A DNA stretch of 64,000 nt, from contig NC_057719.1 of NCBI RefSeq assembly GCF_004010195.1, positions 70,215,728-70,279,727 on the forward strand. The letters are read 5' to 3'. The notes under the pieces are model-generated. The model searched no databases. It saw only the letters and a program-made list of their open reading frames with translations, and was not told where the DNA came from. The stretch is from Chiloscyllium plagiosum. Its lineage: Eukaryota. The translations under genes were made by a program, and so were the position numbers. Positions 1-11,759 of this stretch are shown here, in pieces (the first letter of the stretch is position 1; the number at the start of each line of letters is the position of its first letter).

Positions 1-639
1 CTCTTTTTTTTACTTAGTGCAAATGTATCAGTGTCTTCGTTGCCAACTTCAAAGTTTGCTCTGCATCAATCTGCGCATTGATGCTCTTGTTTCAAAGAGC
101 TGAACAGTTGTTCAAATGTCTTGCATTTGACTTTATTTTTACTTCAAGTTTTGAGGAAACTCTCTGTTAGATGAGCACTATACCCATATTCTTCTGGTAA
201 GCCTATACTGGAACAAAATTGTTAAATTTCTTGGAAAATGGTTTTGATCTTTATGGTCACCTTTTTCCCGCATAATGATGTGGCACACTTTTGTGTTTGA
301 TGAGGATAATTAACCATCTCTGTATTTATTGTGAAAGCATTTTAATTGTAATTGTTTTCAAGAGGAGTGGGTTGTATGCAGAAAATTTTCCTTTCCACCA
401 ATGGAGCATTAACAACTCCAAGCAGTCATTTGCCAATGACTCAGGATCCTCATGACACCTCTCTGATCCACTTGCAGCCTACTTACGAAGCACAGACTTG
501 CCTTGAAAGACACAATGGCAACTAACTTTGAAATATTGCTAACAAGGACTCTTTATTCGTGGGACAGGTTACTGAGTTAGATCAAGATGCATTTCAGGGC
601 TTCTTTCTTGCTTTCCTAGCACCTTTCCTGTATGCTGGC

Positions 640-906
640 AGCATCCATGTCCTGGATTAGTGGTGCTGGAAGAGCACAGCAGTTCAGGCAACATCCGAGG
701 ACAGGCAAAATCCGAGGACAGGCAAAATCGACGTTTCGGGCAAAAGCCCTTCATCAGGAATTTGCCCGAAACGTCGATTTTGCCTGTCCTCGGATTTTGC
801 CTGTCCTCGGATGCTGCCTGAACTGCTGTGCTCTTCCAGCACCACTAATCCAGAATCTGGTTTCCAGCATCTGCAGTCATTGTTTTTACCTAGCATCCAT
901 GTCCTG
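640..906 (+). mobile_element. Non-coding PLE-derived hairpin mini-element (HHR at the axis) with TSD
   Basis: Inverted arms 652-744 / 761-853 (93 bp, 1 mismatch); unpaired tail 854-891 identical to the 3' tail of the PLE ending at 39491; direct repeat AGCATCCATGTCCTG at 640-654 and 892-906. Confidence 0.9.
728..760 (-). ncRNA. Minimal type-I hammerhead ribozyme motif (PLE type)
   Basis: Minus strand reads CUGAUGA-A-GGGC-UUUU-GCCC-GAAAC-GUC: intact catalytic core, 4-bp stem II, self-complementary ACGU at stem III. Confidence 0.8.
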
Positions 907-1739
907 CCTTGTCTTCCCTTGTCTGTAATAACTTTCAGTATTGGTGTTTTAGCACAACCTCAAAGCTCTGTGCTGCCGGATTGATGAGCTCTTTTGTACA
1001 GACAGGCTGTTTGTCATGCTTCTCATTAGGAATCTGTCCTGGCAGATAGGGGTGGGAAAGGGAGGACATGTTGCTGTATGGGACACAGAGCTGTCAATCT
1101 AACACAGACAACATGCCAGCTGCATGGCCATCACATCGCACATTTATTCAACCAATTTGGAAAGTAGGTGCAGGCTATTTATCAATCCAATCACGAGGCC
1201 CCCTGCAGGTCAGGAGGTCCCAGTAATTTCAGTCACAGGCACACAGTCCACAAACTTGATCATGATACATCATCTGCATGGGCCAGTCATTGCAAATGGA
1301 TATAAAAGATTACAGTATGGGAAGCGGGTAATGGTCAGTTCTGTAGAGCCATCACAAGCAGGCGGGGGAATAGAGTGTCATCAGTCGGGGAGCTGCAAAC
1401 ACAGCGGTCAGGGGAGTTGCGTATCATTGGTCAGAGAAGGCTGGGGTGAATGCAGTCCAGTGGGTCAGTGTGTTGATTTTTGAAGAAGGTGGAAGAGAGG
1501 GCTTTAGGTACAAAGAAAGAATGTGGGGATGGGCCAGTCAAGGCAAGGGTCAAAGCAGAGGAATGTAATGAAGTGGGGACAAGGACCGTGGCAAGATGGA
1601 GAAAGCTGAGATTTAAGGGGCGTATGCAGAATAGCATCGGAAGGCATGGTTGGCTAGATGAGGCAAGGTTATTGGTAATGTGGTCCCCATGGAGGGAGTG
1701 TACAGGTCCTGGGTGGGAATAAGTAAGGTGTAATGTCAG

Positions 1740-2380
1740 GGCCCCAGCAGCACAGAGGACATGTGGATGTAAATTTCAATGTGGGGGGCAATGGGCTGTT
1801 GATGTAGTGCAAAGTAAGGGTGGACTTGGAGGCTCTGGGAGTGCATGTGGTGACCAGGCAGAGCCTCATTGTTGATGGATTGTCTGGAAGCTGGATTCCC
1901 TGTCATCACTTGGCATCCTCTAGATACTAACTGCAACTGGAAAATGGGTCAGACAAAACTCAGGGTTGGTGAAGCCAGTGTCAGTTTGACGGGCAAAAGC
2001 ATAGGATCCATGTTTTGAATGCTAGAACATTGCAGCAGCAATAATGAAGCAGGCACTTGCAAACTCTCGTCTACATTTAATTTCCAATCATTTATTTGAT
2101 TATTTGCAATACAGAGTGAAAGTGCATAGGATTCAAATGTTGGTCAATGGTGGCTTGTGACATTGGTGCTGCAAATGCCATCACCTTGGCATTTCAATGA
2201 TGCAGAAGTTCATGGCAATCACTTAATAAATGATGTGATCGACGCTGTGGTGGTCCAGATGGTGGGACTGCTGAAGATGCATTCCATTACTTGGATTGAA
2301 CTGGGGAGGCTTTCCAGTTGGGCCAGTCACAGTGTGCCACCTTATTCTGGTGCATTATGGTCTGCACAATTGGAGCAGGC
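1740..2380. mobile_element. Degenerate PIF/Harbinger-like transposon remnant
   Basis: + strand 2245-2375 gives (with frameshifts) VVQMVGLLKM/FHYLD*TGEAFQ/VCHLILVHYGLHNW, resembling the HARBI1-type C-terminal GLLKMRFRCLD..GG.LQ...LHN; 1895-2015 is homologous to 39840-39960. Confidence 0.5.
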
Positions 2381-3074
2381 AGCAAGGTGCAGTAATCGAT
2401 GCTGAGGAACCTGGGGAACAGTAAAAGCATCCCAGGAGAAGGAAAATATAGAGCTTGGCTGCAAACCAGACAGGATTTGGTTGACACCTAATTTGAGTAG
2501 AAAAAAGTAGGGTACAGTGGACAATTATTTAATAGTCATTGGTCATGATGCTGGCATTTAGTTTGCATTCTGGGGGCAAACTGAAGCCTTTATTGGTTTT
2601 GTTCGTGTTACCCTTCTGGTGGCTGCAAATAAAACCTCCTATTTAGAACTGCCTGATTGATTTTTTTACATGAGATGGTCCACTCTGTACAATGACAAGC
2701 TGTGGATCTAGTGGGCATTGGACATAGAATAGCAGTGACCTTGAGAGGATGTTTATAGGGGATGTTTATAAGGACAGATACCCTGCATAACCTTGTGAAT
2801 AAACTGTGATGATGGGTTGTGTTGAGGTGGAGTATTAGCCTTGCATAACTTTGCAGGTACTGTGCCATTATGTTATTGGTGATGGATAATGGCTAACTGC
2901 CAATTCTTCAATGGGTGCGCAGTGACATTTTAAAGACGGTAGGGATGGCAAATATGCTGGTCTTTTGGTGGATATTTGCTGAGTGGTGAGTTGTCCTGGG
3001 ATTGATGCATGATAAGCTGGGGCCAGAATTGGACAGGATTGTTGCCATTGAGGTCAATGGGGGAAGTTTCATAA

Positions 3075-3750
3075 AATATGGTGAGATGTCTTGTGGCTGA
3101 TCCCTCATCCTCCTGATCAGTGGCCAGAGGCATCGATTTAAGGTAAGTTGGGAGTGGTTTAGAGGGTATATGAGAAATGTTTTCTTCATCCAGAAGATGG
3201 TGGAATCTAGAATTCATTACCGATAAGGGTTGTATATGCAGAAACCCTCATAACATTAAATAAGTATTTAGATGTTCGCTTGTGATGCCAATGTACACAA
3301 GGGCATGGGCCAAGTGCTGGAAGATGGGATTGGAAAGAGGGGTATGGATAGGGTAAACAGACAAGGTTTTTCTCACTGGGGTAGGGGAGTCTAGAACTGG
3401 AGGGCATAAGTTTAGAGTGAGAGGGGAAAGATACAAAAGAGACCTAAGGGGCAAATATTTCATGCAGAGGTGGTGCGTGTGCTGAATGGGCTGCCAGAGG
3501 AAGTGGTGGAGGCTAGTACAATTGCAATATTTAATAGGCATTGGGATGGGTGTATGAACAGTAAGGGTCTGGAGGGATATGGCACTGGGTGCTGGCAAGT
3601 GGGACTAGATTGGATTGGAATATCTGGTCGGCATGGACAAGCTGGACTGAAGGGTCTGTTTCCATGCTGTAGATCTCTGTGACTCTATGACTCTATGACT
3701 GGCAGAGACTCAATGGGCCAAAGGTCCTTTTTTGTGCTGTTGAAGTCTAT
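3075..3750 (+). mobile_element. Older CR1 LINE 3' fragment interrupted by a younger CR1 3' fragment (~3343-3700)
   Basis: Two successive CR1 C-terminal segments (FF..RVV..WN.LP...V.A); the younger ends in (GACTCTAT)n, after which the older 3' UTR resumes. Confidence 0.85.
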
Positions 3751-4649
3751 AACTGAAACTATAAATCTTGCTTGTCTCTCGCCTAACAAATCTCAAAAAA
3801 ACTTGATGAGATTGAAAATTAGTCACATAAACATAAGATTCAACCTTATATAATTATAGAAATGATCTATTGGCTTGTTTAGAGCAATTTCTGATTTGCC
3901 TGTAACATTTATTTTAAGTACACTGAAGCAAAAATGAGTGGTTTAAATATAAGAGAATCAATAATGCTAAAGGTGGTCTAGCGTTGCTGCTTAGCAGTAA
4001 TTAAGTACAATTGGTACACTTGCATTTGACTGTAGTTTCTTACATAAGTATTTTCTTTCCTGATAAGGGAAAGACTCTGCACTGATCCCATGTGATCTGC
4101 ACATTATTAGTGAGTAACACATCGATTTAATTATCTAGGGACAAAAATATGTGTGCAACAACATCCTTATTCTTCAATACTTATTGCCACCATTGACAGC
4201 TCTTAGATAATCACATTTGAATCAAGTTCTGATAGTTTTCATTTTCATGAACAATACAGAATCATTTCAAGTATCTAATCTCTTGCAGTTTACCAATTCT
4301 GTTTGTCAGCAATGTCTTTGAATGATATGGAAATAGACAATAGATTTTACACAAGTATAGGTGTTACTTATTCATTTAATTTCATCCTTTTAACCTGAAG
4401 ACTAGTAAGAGAAATGATTCAGTTTGACAATGGAATTCCTGAAATTTTTCATGAAGGAACAGGATGAGTTCCTGTATGTGGGAAAGAGGAGTATCCACTG
4501 GAAAGGTTGGTTTGGTTTAGCATCTCAGCTGCAAATTTTCATTTGTTGACCATGTAGTACTCCCAGTGTACAGCAATGAAGTGCCAGCCTTGATTGGCCA
4601 AACTATGGAAATTTGAAATACTATTAGATCCAAAATAGAATTGGCATGG

Positions 4650-5235
4650 AGAAATAGAATAGCCTTTATTGTCACGTGCACTCAAATGAGTGCAGTGAAA
4701 TGTTTGTAATGTCACCTCTTGGTGCCATCTTTGGTACAAAGTACCTAGATACAGATACTTTAAGTGCTGTTACTGAATAAAAACAAAGGTTTAGCATGTG
4801 AATAAAGTTTTAAAAGTCCAGAGTGATAATGGAAAGTGACCATAAGGTATTTAAGTTCCAGTCTCTCTCCAACATGAGTCTGTGGTTGCCAGCCCCAGAA
4901 GATGAGGCCTTGTTGCCTCCACGTGCCAGCCTCCGTCCATGAATCCCTTGGCCACTGCTCTGGCTTTGGTCCATGCCTGTTCCACTGGTACTCTGGCTCC
5001 AGCCCGCTGCCACTCTGCAAATTGACCTGTGTTCGCTCTGAGGTCCAGTCGCGACTCATCTGCCTCCGCTCCATTCTCCAGATAAGGCAAGGCAGTCTAA
5101 GGTTGGAGATGGGAGGAGCGGGGAGGGTTGAAGAAAAAAAGCTACAAAGGGGAAAAAGAATAAAGGAAAAGAAACTGGCAAGCAAAGGAGCTCCGTGTGA
5201 AACAGTAAACATGAGGATTGAGAACGATTCAGCAG
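4650..5235 (-). mobile_element. Probable non-autonomous element with a LINE-type 3' stem-loop tail
   Basis: Minus strand ends TTTCACTGCACTCATTTGAGTGCACGTGACAATAAAG (hairpin followed by AATAAA), resembling Rex1/Babar-type 3' ends; body is GC-richer than the flanks with no recognisable protein. Confidence 0.4.
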
Positions 5236-5379
5236 TTAGCAAAGGAGGACCAGTGATTGATTAAAAAGTGGACAATAGAGCACAAGAGTAAGGATATGGG
5301 GAACATCAGAACTGACTGTAAATTTTTCCATAGGTATGTAAAGAGTAAATGTCTAATGAAAACTAGTGTAGCTCTTTCA

Positions 5380-6345
5380 CAGGGTCCTCTACGTTTTATC
5401 ATTTACATAAATCATTTGGAGGCGAGCAGAAGAGGTACAGTTAGTAAGTTTGCAGATAACACCAAAACTGGAGGTGTAGTGGACAGCGAAGAAGGTTACC
5501 TCAGATTACAACTGGATCTTGACCAGATGGGCCAATGGGCTGAGAAGTGGCAGATGGAGTTTAATTCAGATAAATGCGAGGTGCTGCATCTTGGGAAAGC
5601 AAATCTTAGCAGGACTCATACACTTAATGGTAAGGTCCGAGAGAGTGTTGCTGAACAAAGAGACCTTGGAGTGCAGGTTCATAGCTCATTGAAAATGGAG
5701 TCGCAGATGGATAGGATAGTGAAGAAGGTGTTTGCTATGCTTTCCTTTATTGGTCAGAGTATTGGGTACAGGAGTTGGGATGTCATACTGTGGCTGTACA
5801 GGACATTGGTTAGGCCACTGTTGGAACATTACGTGCAATTCTGCTCTCCTTCCTATCAGAAAGATGTTGTGAAACTTGAAAGGGTTCAGAAAAGATTTAC
5901 AAGGATGTTGCCAGGGTTGGAGGATTTGGGCTATGCGGAGAGGCTGAACAGGTTGGGGCTGTTTTTCCTGGAGGGTCGGAGGCTGAGGGGTGACCTTATA
6001 GCGGTTTACAAAATTATGAAGGGATAAATAGGATAAATAGACAAAGTTTTTTCCCTAGGGTCGGGGAGTCCAGAACTAGAGGACATAGGTTTAGGGTGAG
6101 AGGGGAAAGATATAAAAGAGACCTAAGGGGCAACGTTTTCACGCAGAGGGTGGTACGTGTATGGAATGAGCTGCCAGAGGATGTGGTGGAGGCTGGTACA
6201 ATTGCAACATTTAAGAGGCATTTGGATGGGTATATTAATAGGAAGGGTTTGGAGGGATATGGGCCGGGTGCTGGCAGGTGGGACTAGATTGGGTTGGGAT
6301 ATCTGGTCAGCATGGACAGGTTGGACCGAAGGTTCTGTTTCCATG
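5380..6345 (+). mobile_element. CR1 LINE, 5'-truncated (RT C-half + 3' UTR)
   Basis: ORF 5257-6027: SKFADNTK, WQMEFNSDKCEVLH, RDLGVQV, LYRTLVRPLLE, LERVQKRFTRMLPG. Confidence 0.95.
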
Positions 6346-6366
6346 CCCTTTGTCTATTTATAGACA

Positions 6367-6997
6367 AATAGACTTTGTCTATTTATCCTATCCATGCCCT
6401 TCATAATTTTGTAAACCTCTATAACATCAGCCCTCAGCCTCTGATGCTCCAGGGAAAACAGCCCCAGCCTGTTCAGCCTCTCCCTATAGCTCAAATCCTC
6501 CAACCCTGGCAACATCCTTGTAAATCTTTTCTCAACCCTTTCAAGTTTCACAACATCTTTCCGATAGGAAGGAGACCAGAATTGCACGCAATATTCCAAC
6601 AGTGACCTAACCAATGTCCTGTACAGCCACAACATGACCTCCCAACTCCTGTACTCAATACTCTGACCAATAAAGGAAAGCATACCAAACGCCTTCTTCA
6701 CTATCCTATCTACCTGCGACTCCATTTTCAAGGAGCTATGAACCTGCACTCCAAGGTCTCTTTGTTCAGCAACACTCTCTAGGACCTTACCATTAAGTGT
6801 ATAAGTCCTGCTAAGATATGCTTTCCCAAAATGCAGCACCTCATATTTATCTGAATTAAACTCCATCTGTCATTTCTCAGCCCATTGGCCCATCTGCTCC
6901 AGATCCTGTTGTAATCTGAGGTAACCTTCTTCGCTATCCACTACACCTCCAATTTTGGTGTCATCAGCAAACTTACTAACTGTACCTCTTATGCTCA
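6367..6997 (-). mobile_element. CR1 LINE fragment, inverted relative to the preceding copy, 3' end missing
   Basis: ORF 6354-6866 is nearly identical in protein to 5257-6027. Confidence 0.95.
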
Positions 6998-6999
6998 CA

Positions 7000-7440
7000 A
7001 GTTGATTCCTGGCATGGTATGAGGAGAGATAGAGTAGATTAGGATTGTATTCACTGAACTTTAGAAGAACTCGAGGGGAATCGCAAAGAATCCTATAAAA
7101 TTCTAACAGGTCTGGACAGATTAGATGCAGGAAGAATGTTTCCGATGGTCGGAGAATTCAGAACGAGGGATCCTAGTTTAAGGATAAGGGGAAAACCTTT
7201 TAGGACTATGATAAGGAGAAATTTCTTCACCTAGTTGAGTGGTCAGCCTGTGGAATTCACTACCACAAAAACGTTATGTTCTTTCAAGAATGTGGTAGAC
7301 ATAGCTCTTGTAGCTAATGGGGTTAAGAGAGAAAGGCAGAATTAGAATATTGAGCCCAATGATCCACCCTGACCATATCGAATGGTGGAGCAGGCTTGAG
7401 GGGTCAAATAGCCTTACTTATTCTCTTATCTTCTATGTGA
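7000..7440 (+). mobile_element. Older CR1 LINE 3' fragment
   Basis: YEER..RLGLYSL, YKILTGLDR, RRNFFT..VVSLWNSLP remnants and CR1 3' UTR. Confidence 0.85.
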
Positions 7441-7659
7441 CGGTATCTGAAGTGAAGTTTGAACTAAAGACCGGTAGTGAGAGTGTTACCACTGAGCCAA
7501 AGGTGCTCGTGGTTACATTTCAGGATCTTCCTCATCCCTCTAAATTTCAGAAGACTTTGAAATTAACATAGAGCTACCACAGTTCATTTTAAGTTGGTTT
7601 CTAACTATATCAGTCAAGTTTTTGCCTAAATAGTTGTGCCTTTCACCAGTGTACCCTTG

Positions 7660-9230
7660 ATTCAAGGATGATGTCTACTCAAGGTTGTGATTTTTTTTCC
7701 GCATGGTTCTTCAGGTGACTGAACAGGTTGATTTGCGAACCACAAATATTTAGACTCACAGGGCAAGATGTCCATGAAGTTGTGGGACCCGGAGAACAGG
7801 ATTTGCTTCCTTCTATGACGCTGTTCTGCTTTATCAGTAAGTCATGTGGCCTCAAAGCTATGACACAGTTTGATGCACAAGTCATTGCCAGTTTGAACAA
7901 TTGATCGCAAACTCATCCCAGACCTTAATGGCAACACTCCCAAGATGAACTTCAATGTGTCTTTGTAGCATTTTTGTTGTCCTCCCCTTGAATGTTGCCT
8001 TTTCATAAGTTGAGAAAACAGGACCTGGCAAGTAAGATGCTTTTCAGCCATCCAGGTGCAGCCTGCAATTCATCGTCGTTGATCTTGTCAGAGTAGTATC
8101 TGAAAGCTGTAAAGCTCTTATCAAGAAGTATTAGTCTCATGACTCACTGAATCAAATTCTTTGGTCAGTTTGATGAATGCCACAATGATTTTCTGGTAGT
8201 GTTGTTAACATTTTCCTGGGATTGGTCTGGCAGCAAAGACCATGTCAGAGGTTCCTCAGGAAGTTCTGTGGCAGGATTTCCTTGGCTATGCATTCATTCT
8301 GTGGATCTGGGACGAAGAAAGATACTAACATTTGTTTGATGGTCCTCCCGCTGAGTCAGAAGAATGTGGCAGTGTCAGGGCTGATGGAATTTCTCTGAAG
8401 CTCTTATATGTCGCTGAGACACAGTCACTGCTGTGTACGAATTTGGCAATGACAACCCTTCTTCGACTGTGACTTTTCTTGATTTGTGGAGGTATTTGTT
8501 GCTAAACTAGCTGCTGTAGTTTGTAGAATACTGAGCCAATTCAGCTGATCTCGTGTTGGATCACCTCACCAATGGTGCATTTTTGAGCATTGCGGCTATC
8601 AAGGTATGGGAGTTTTGCTTTTGCAGCATTCAAAGACAGGCTGAGTGTGTGATACACAGGGCTGGAGAGATTGAGAGTAGCTTGAAAATGTGTTGCAACA
8701 ACACTGCACTTACCTGCACACCAAAGCTCATATACTTCTATGTTGGTCACTTTAGATTAGTTTTACATTCAGATGATATTTGATACCCACACCAGACGGC
8801 AGTCAATCTTTGATGAGATGAATAACCATGTGTGGTATGTTGTAAATATTTTGGAGGCCTTTACATCGCCTCTTTTGAACACTTTGGATTTTGAAAGTGC
8901 CTTTTTCTGATCTTCCGCTCAAGACATTTGCAGTCATATCATAATGAAGCAGTTGTAAGATTGCTTGGAAGAATTTTGGAATTTGCCAAATCCCTGAAGA
9001 ACAATTCATAGAGTCTCATCACTCACTGAATCAAATTCTTTGGTCAGATTGATGAATGCAGTGAAGATATCCTGGTACTGTTGTGAACATTTTTCTGGAA
9101 TTTGCCTGGCAACAAAGACCATGTCAGAGGTTCCTCAGGAAGTTCAAAAGCCACGCTGTGTCTCTGGCAGCATTTCCTTAGCCATGCATTCAGAAATCCA
9201 ATAATTGTGACTATATTCCAAAAGGGATAT
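7660..9230 (-). mobile_element. Degenerate, rearranged RTE-clade LINE
   Basis: QVLFSQL...HSRGGQQKCYKDTLK (7842-8051) matches the RTE C-terminal motif; LPETQRGF..GTSDMVFVARQIPEK...FINLTKEFDSV (9010-9190) matches the RTE RT N-terminal motifs. Confidence 0.8.
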
Positions 9231-11759
9231 AAATCAAGCAGTGGAAACTAATGAGGTGTTTACCTGTTGCTCATAGTTGGAAAAAACCCTGATGTTCATT
9301 TTTCCTGAATTGGTTATTAACCAAAATAATCACTACTTCATTTATTACAAGCAAAAATACACATTTAAAGAAATATCATCAATCTAATATTGGAACTTAT
9401 TCCTCAATAAACAAGCAAATAAAACAATTGTTACTCAAATTATGCTTGTGAGCCTGCAACACAAATCTATAATTTCAGAAAAATGTAACAATACTTTAGT
9501 AAATAATGAATATGTTTTGGGTAATTTATGGATGCTGTTAGTTAAGATCTTTATGGATAAGTACACGTTGTTAAATAAAGTAAAATGTTTTATAAATGAT
9601 CACGCAATGCATTAAATCTAATTCCTCCTCTCAACACCTTACACTGCATTTATGTTTGCCTTCTACCTGATTTTAGTTTTCAGTTCTGTCACAGTTTGTT
9701 TGCATTCCTGTTTATGTGATTACCATAATTAAATTACTGTAATCATAATTTTCTTGAGAACGTATTGCACTGTGGGGCTTCTCAGTCTCCAGGGCTTCCA
9801 TTTGCAACTTTGTGTATAAATGGTGGTTATCACAAAACCTCACTCTGAAAATATCTTAAAAATAGCTGGATTTTTCATACCCCATCTCATAAGTTAATTA
9901 TTTTTTGACATATTATTACAATCCATCATTCTGCAAGCAATTTCTTATACATTACTCAAAGGTATATTCTTCGTGTATCCATAGGATATATTGATTATTC
10001 CTAAGGCTATGGAGCAATGTGTTCAAAATTAACTCAATCAAATTAAGAGCCATGTCCAGTGAACGCACAGAAAAATCTGGATTCTGAAAGTTGCAATTCC
10101 ATGCATGATGCAAGATGTCAAAATAAACATTTATTGTCAGGTTTGGGAATGGAACATGATGATAACATTGTTAAATAAAGTGTTTTCAGAACTATAGTGA
10201 CAGTTGATGCAACTTTTTGTGAAGGAGTTAAACAGAATGGGCAAGGATATGATGGCAAGAATCAGGGTTTAATATTGTAAGTTTTGTGAGTGAAAAACCT
10301 ATTAAATTTATAATGCATGGTTAAGTTCGTTCAATGCGATCCTACTTACCTTCTAATCCTGAAGCTAGGTTTTATTTGTAACGTGTTTAACTGATCAAGT
10401 ATGAACATAAACAACTGTTCCTAATAAATTATTCTGAAATAGACAAATGTCTCATTCCTGGTTGCAGCAATGGTCAGACGTAGGGATAGAATCAACAATC
10501 TTGATTGTCAAAAATGTCTGCAGGGTTGATATGGAAATGCTACCTTCTTGTTCAATAGGCACAAAAATATAGACTTAAACCAAAATCAAACATTTCCTTA
10601 GTTATTGTGTGAAACGGAAAAACTGAACAGTAAATAAAATGGAGGACCGTTCTGTTTCCCTGTGCATAACTATAGAGAGATGCTTCCAGTGAGACATTTT
10701 AATCCAGAATATCTAATATTATTTAATGCTTCCTCTCCTCATAGAGATCCACTAATCCAATGGTGACAAACTATTTTGCTGTATCAAAGGCCACCAGGAA
10801 GGTTGAAATTCATAATTCTAATGCAGTAGATTATGATTCTAATCTGTGAATATACTGAAGCTTGTATTAGCATGCTAATTAGGTAATTTATAATTTTGTA
10901 ATTCATGTTTAGAGGAACATTGTATTTGTATTGATAATATTATCCTTACATACTGGAATTTCATAACAATGTAGCTGAATTATCTGAGCACAATCATTGC
11001 TTTGCCTTGTTATAATGTTTGATTGTTACATGAGCAAAGAAACCAGAACTGTAGCTATGGCTGTGCTGTGGAGAATTTATTTTCAGCCCCCTAGTGATTT
11101 TCTTTCTCCAATACCTTGCACATCATTCAATTTCTGCAAATCAGTTTACCCTTGAAGGAGCTACTGAGCAACATTCTGAACAGGGTGAATGCATCTAAAT
11201 GTGAAAAGCTGGTCTCAGAAATCGATGCCTGTAAAAATAAAAATCCATAATCTATTCATTTACTTTGCTGGGAGAAATTACAGCAACGTTAGATAAGCCT
11301 GTGAGGTTGTGAGATTAATTTGAGACTGGTATTTCATTAGATTGGATATGTACTGATCTCTCTCATCTTTGAAAAAAAATTAGAGATTTTACTCAAAGTT
11401 TCTCCTTGCTCACATACCACTGATGTCCCGAACTGTAATGCAATATAAATAAATAGATACTGGAATTCACATATTATGCTATTGATTTCTGAGATCTGAT
11501 CATACAGTTTAGATGCATCAAACAGCTCACTGATTCTATCAAAGATGACCTGATTTGTAGGGTAAATTATGCACATTAAAGAAAATGGATGAATCTCAGT
11601 AACTCAAAAATGATCATTTTAGATAGATTTCCAATTCTGACTACAATTATTTCATTAGATTATTAAGCATTTCCATAAAACTGTTCTGGGATATTACATA
11701 TTGACATGTAAAACAAAAACTATAGTCGAGTTTCCATTGACTGATTTTTGCTTAAGAGT

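Noticed and set aside
652..853. Hairpins as DNA-transposon MITEs, pre-miRNAs, terminators or CRISPR repeats
   Set aside because: The asymmetric tail inside the TSD, the 14-15-bp TSD and identity with a PLE 3' end indicate retroelement origin; there is no repeat-spacer array and the DNA is eukaryotic.
5257..6027. 256-aa ORF as a functional RT gene
   Set aside because: Chimeric: an older CR1 piece fused to a 5'-truncated copy; most of the RT is absent and the catalytic motif reads FADN.
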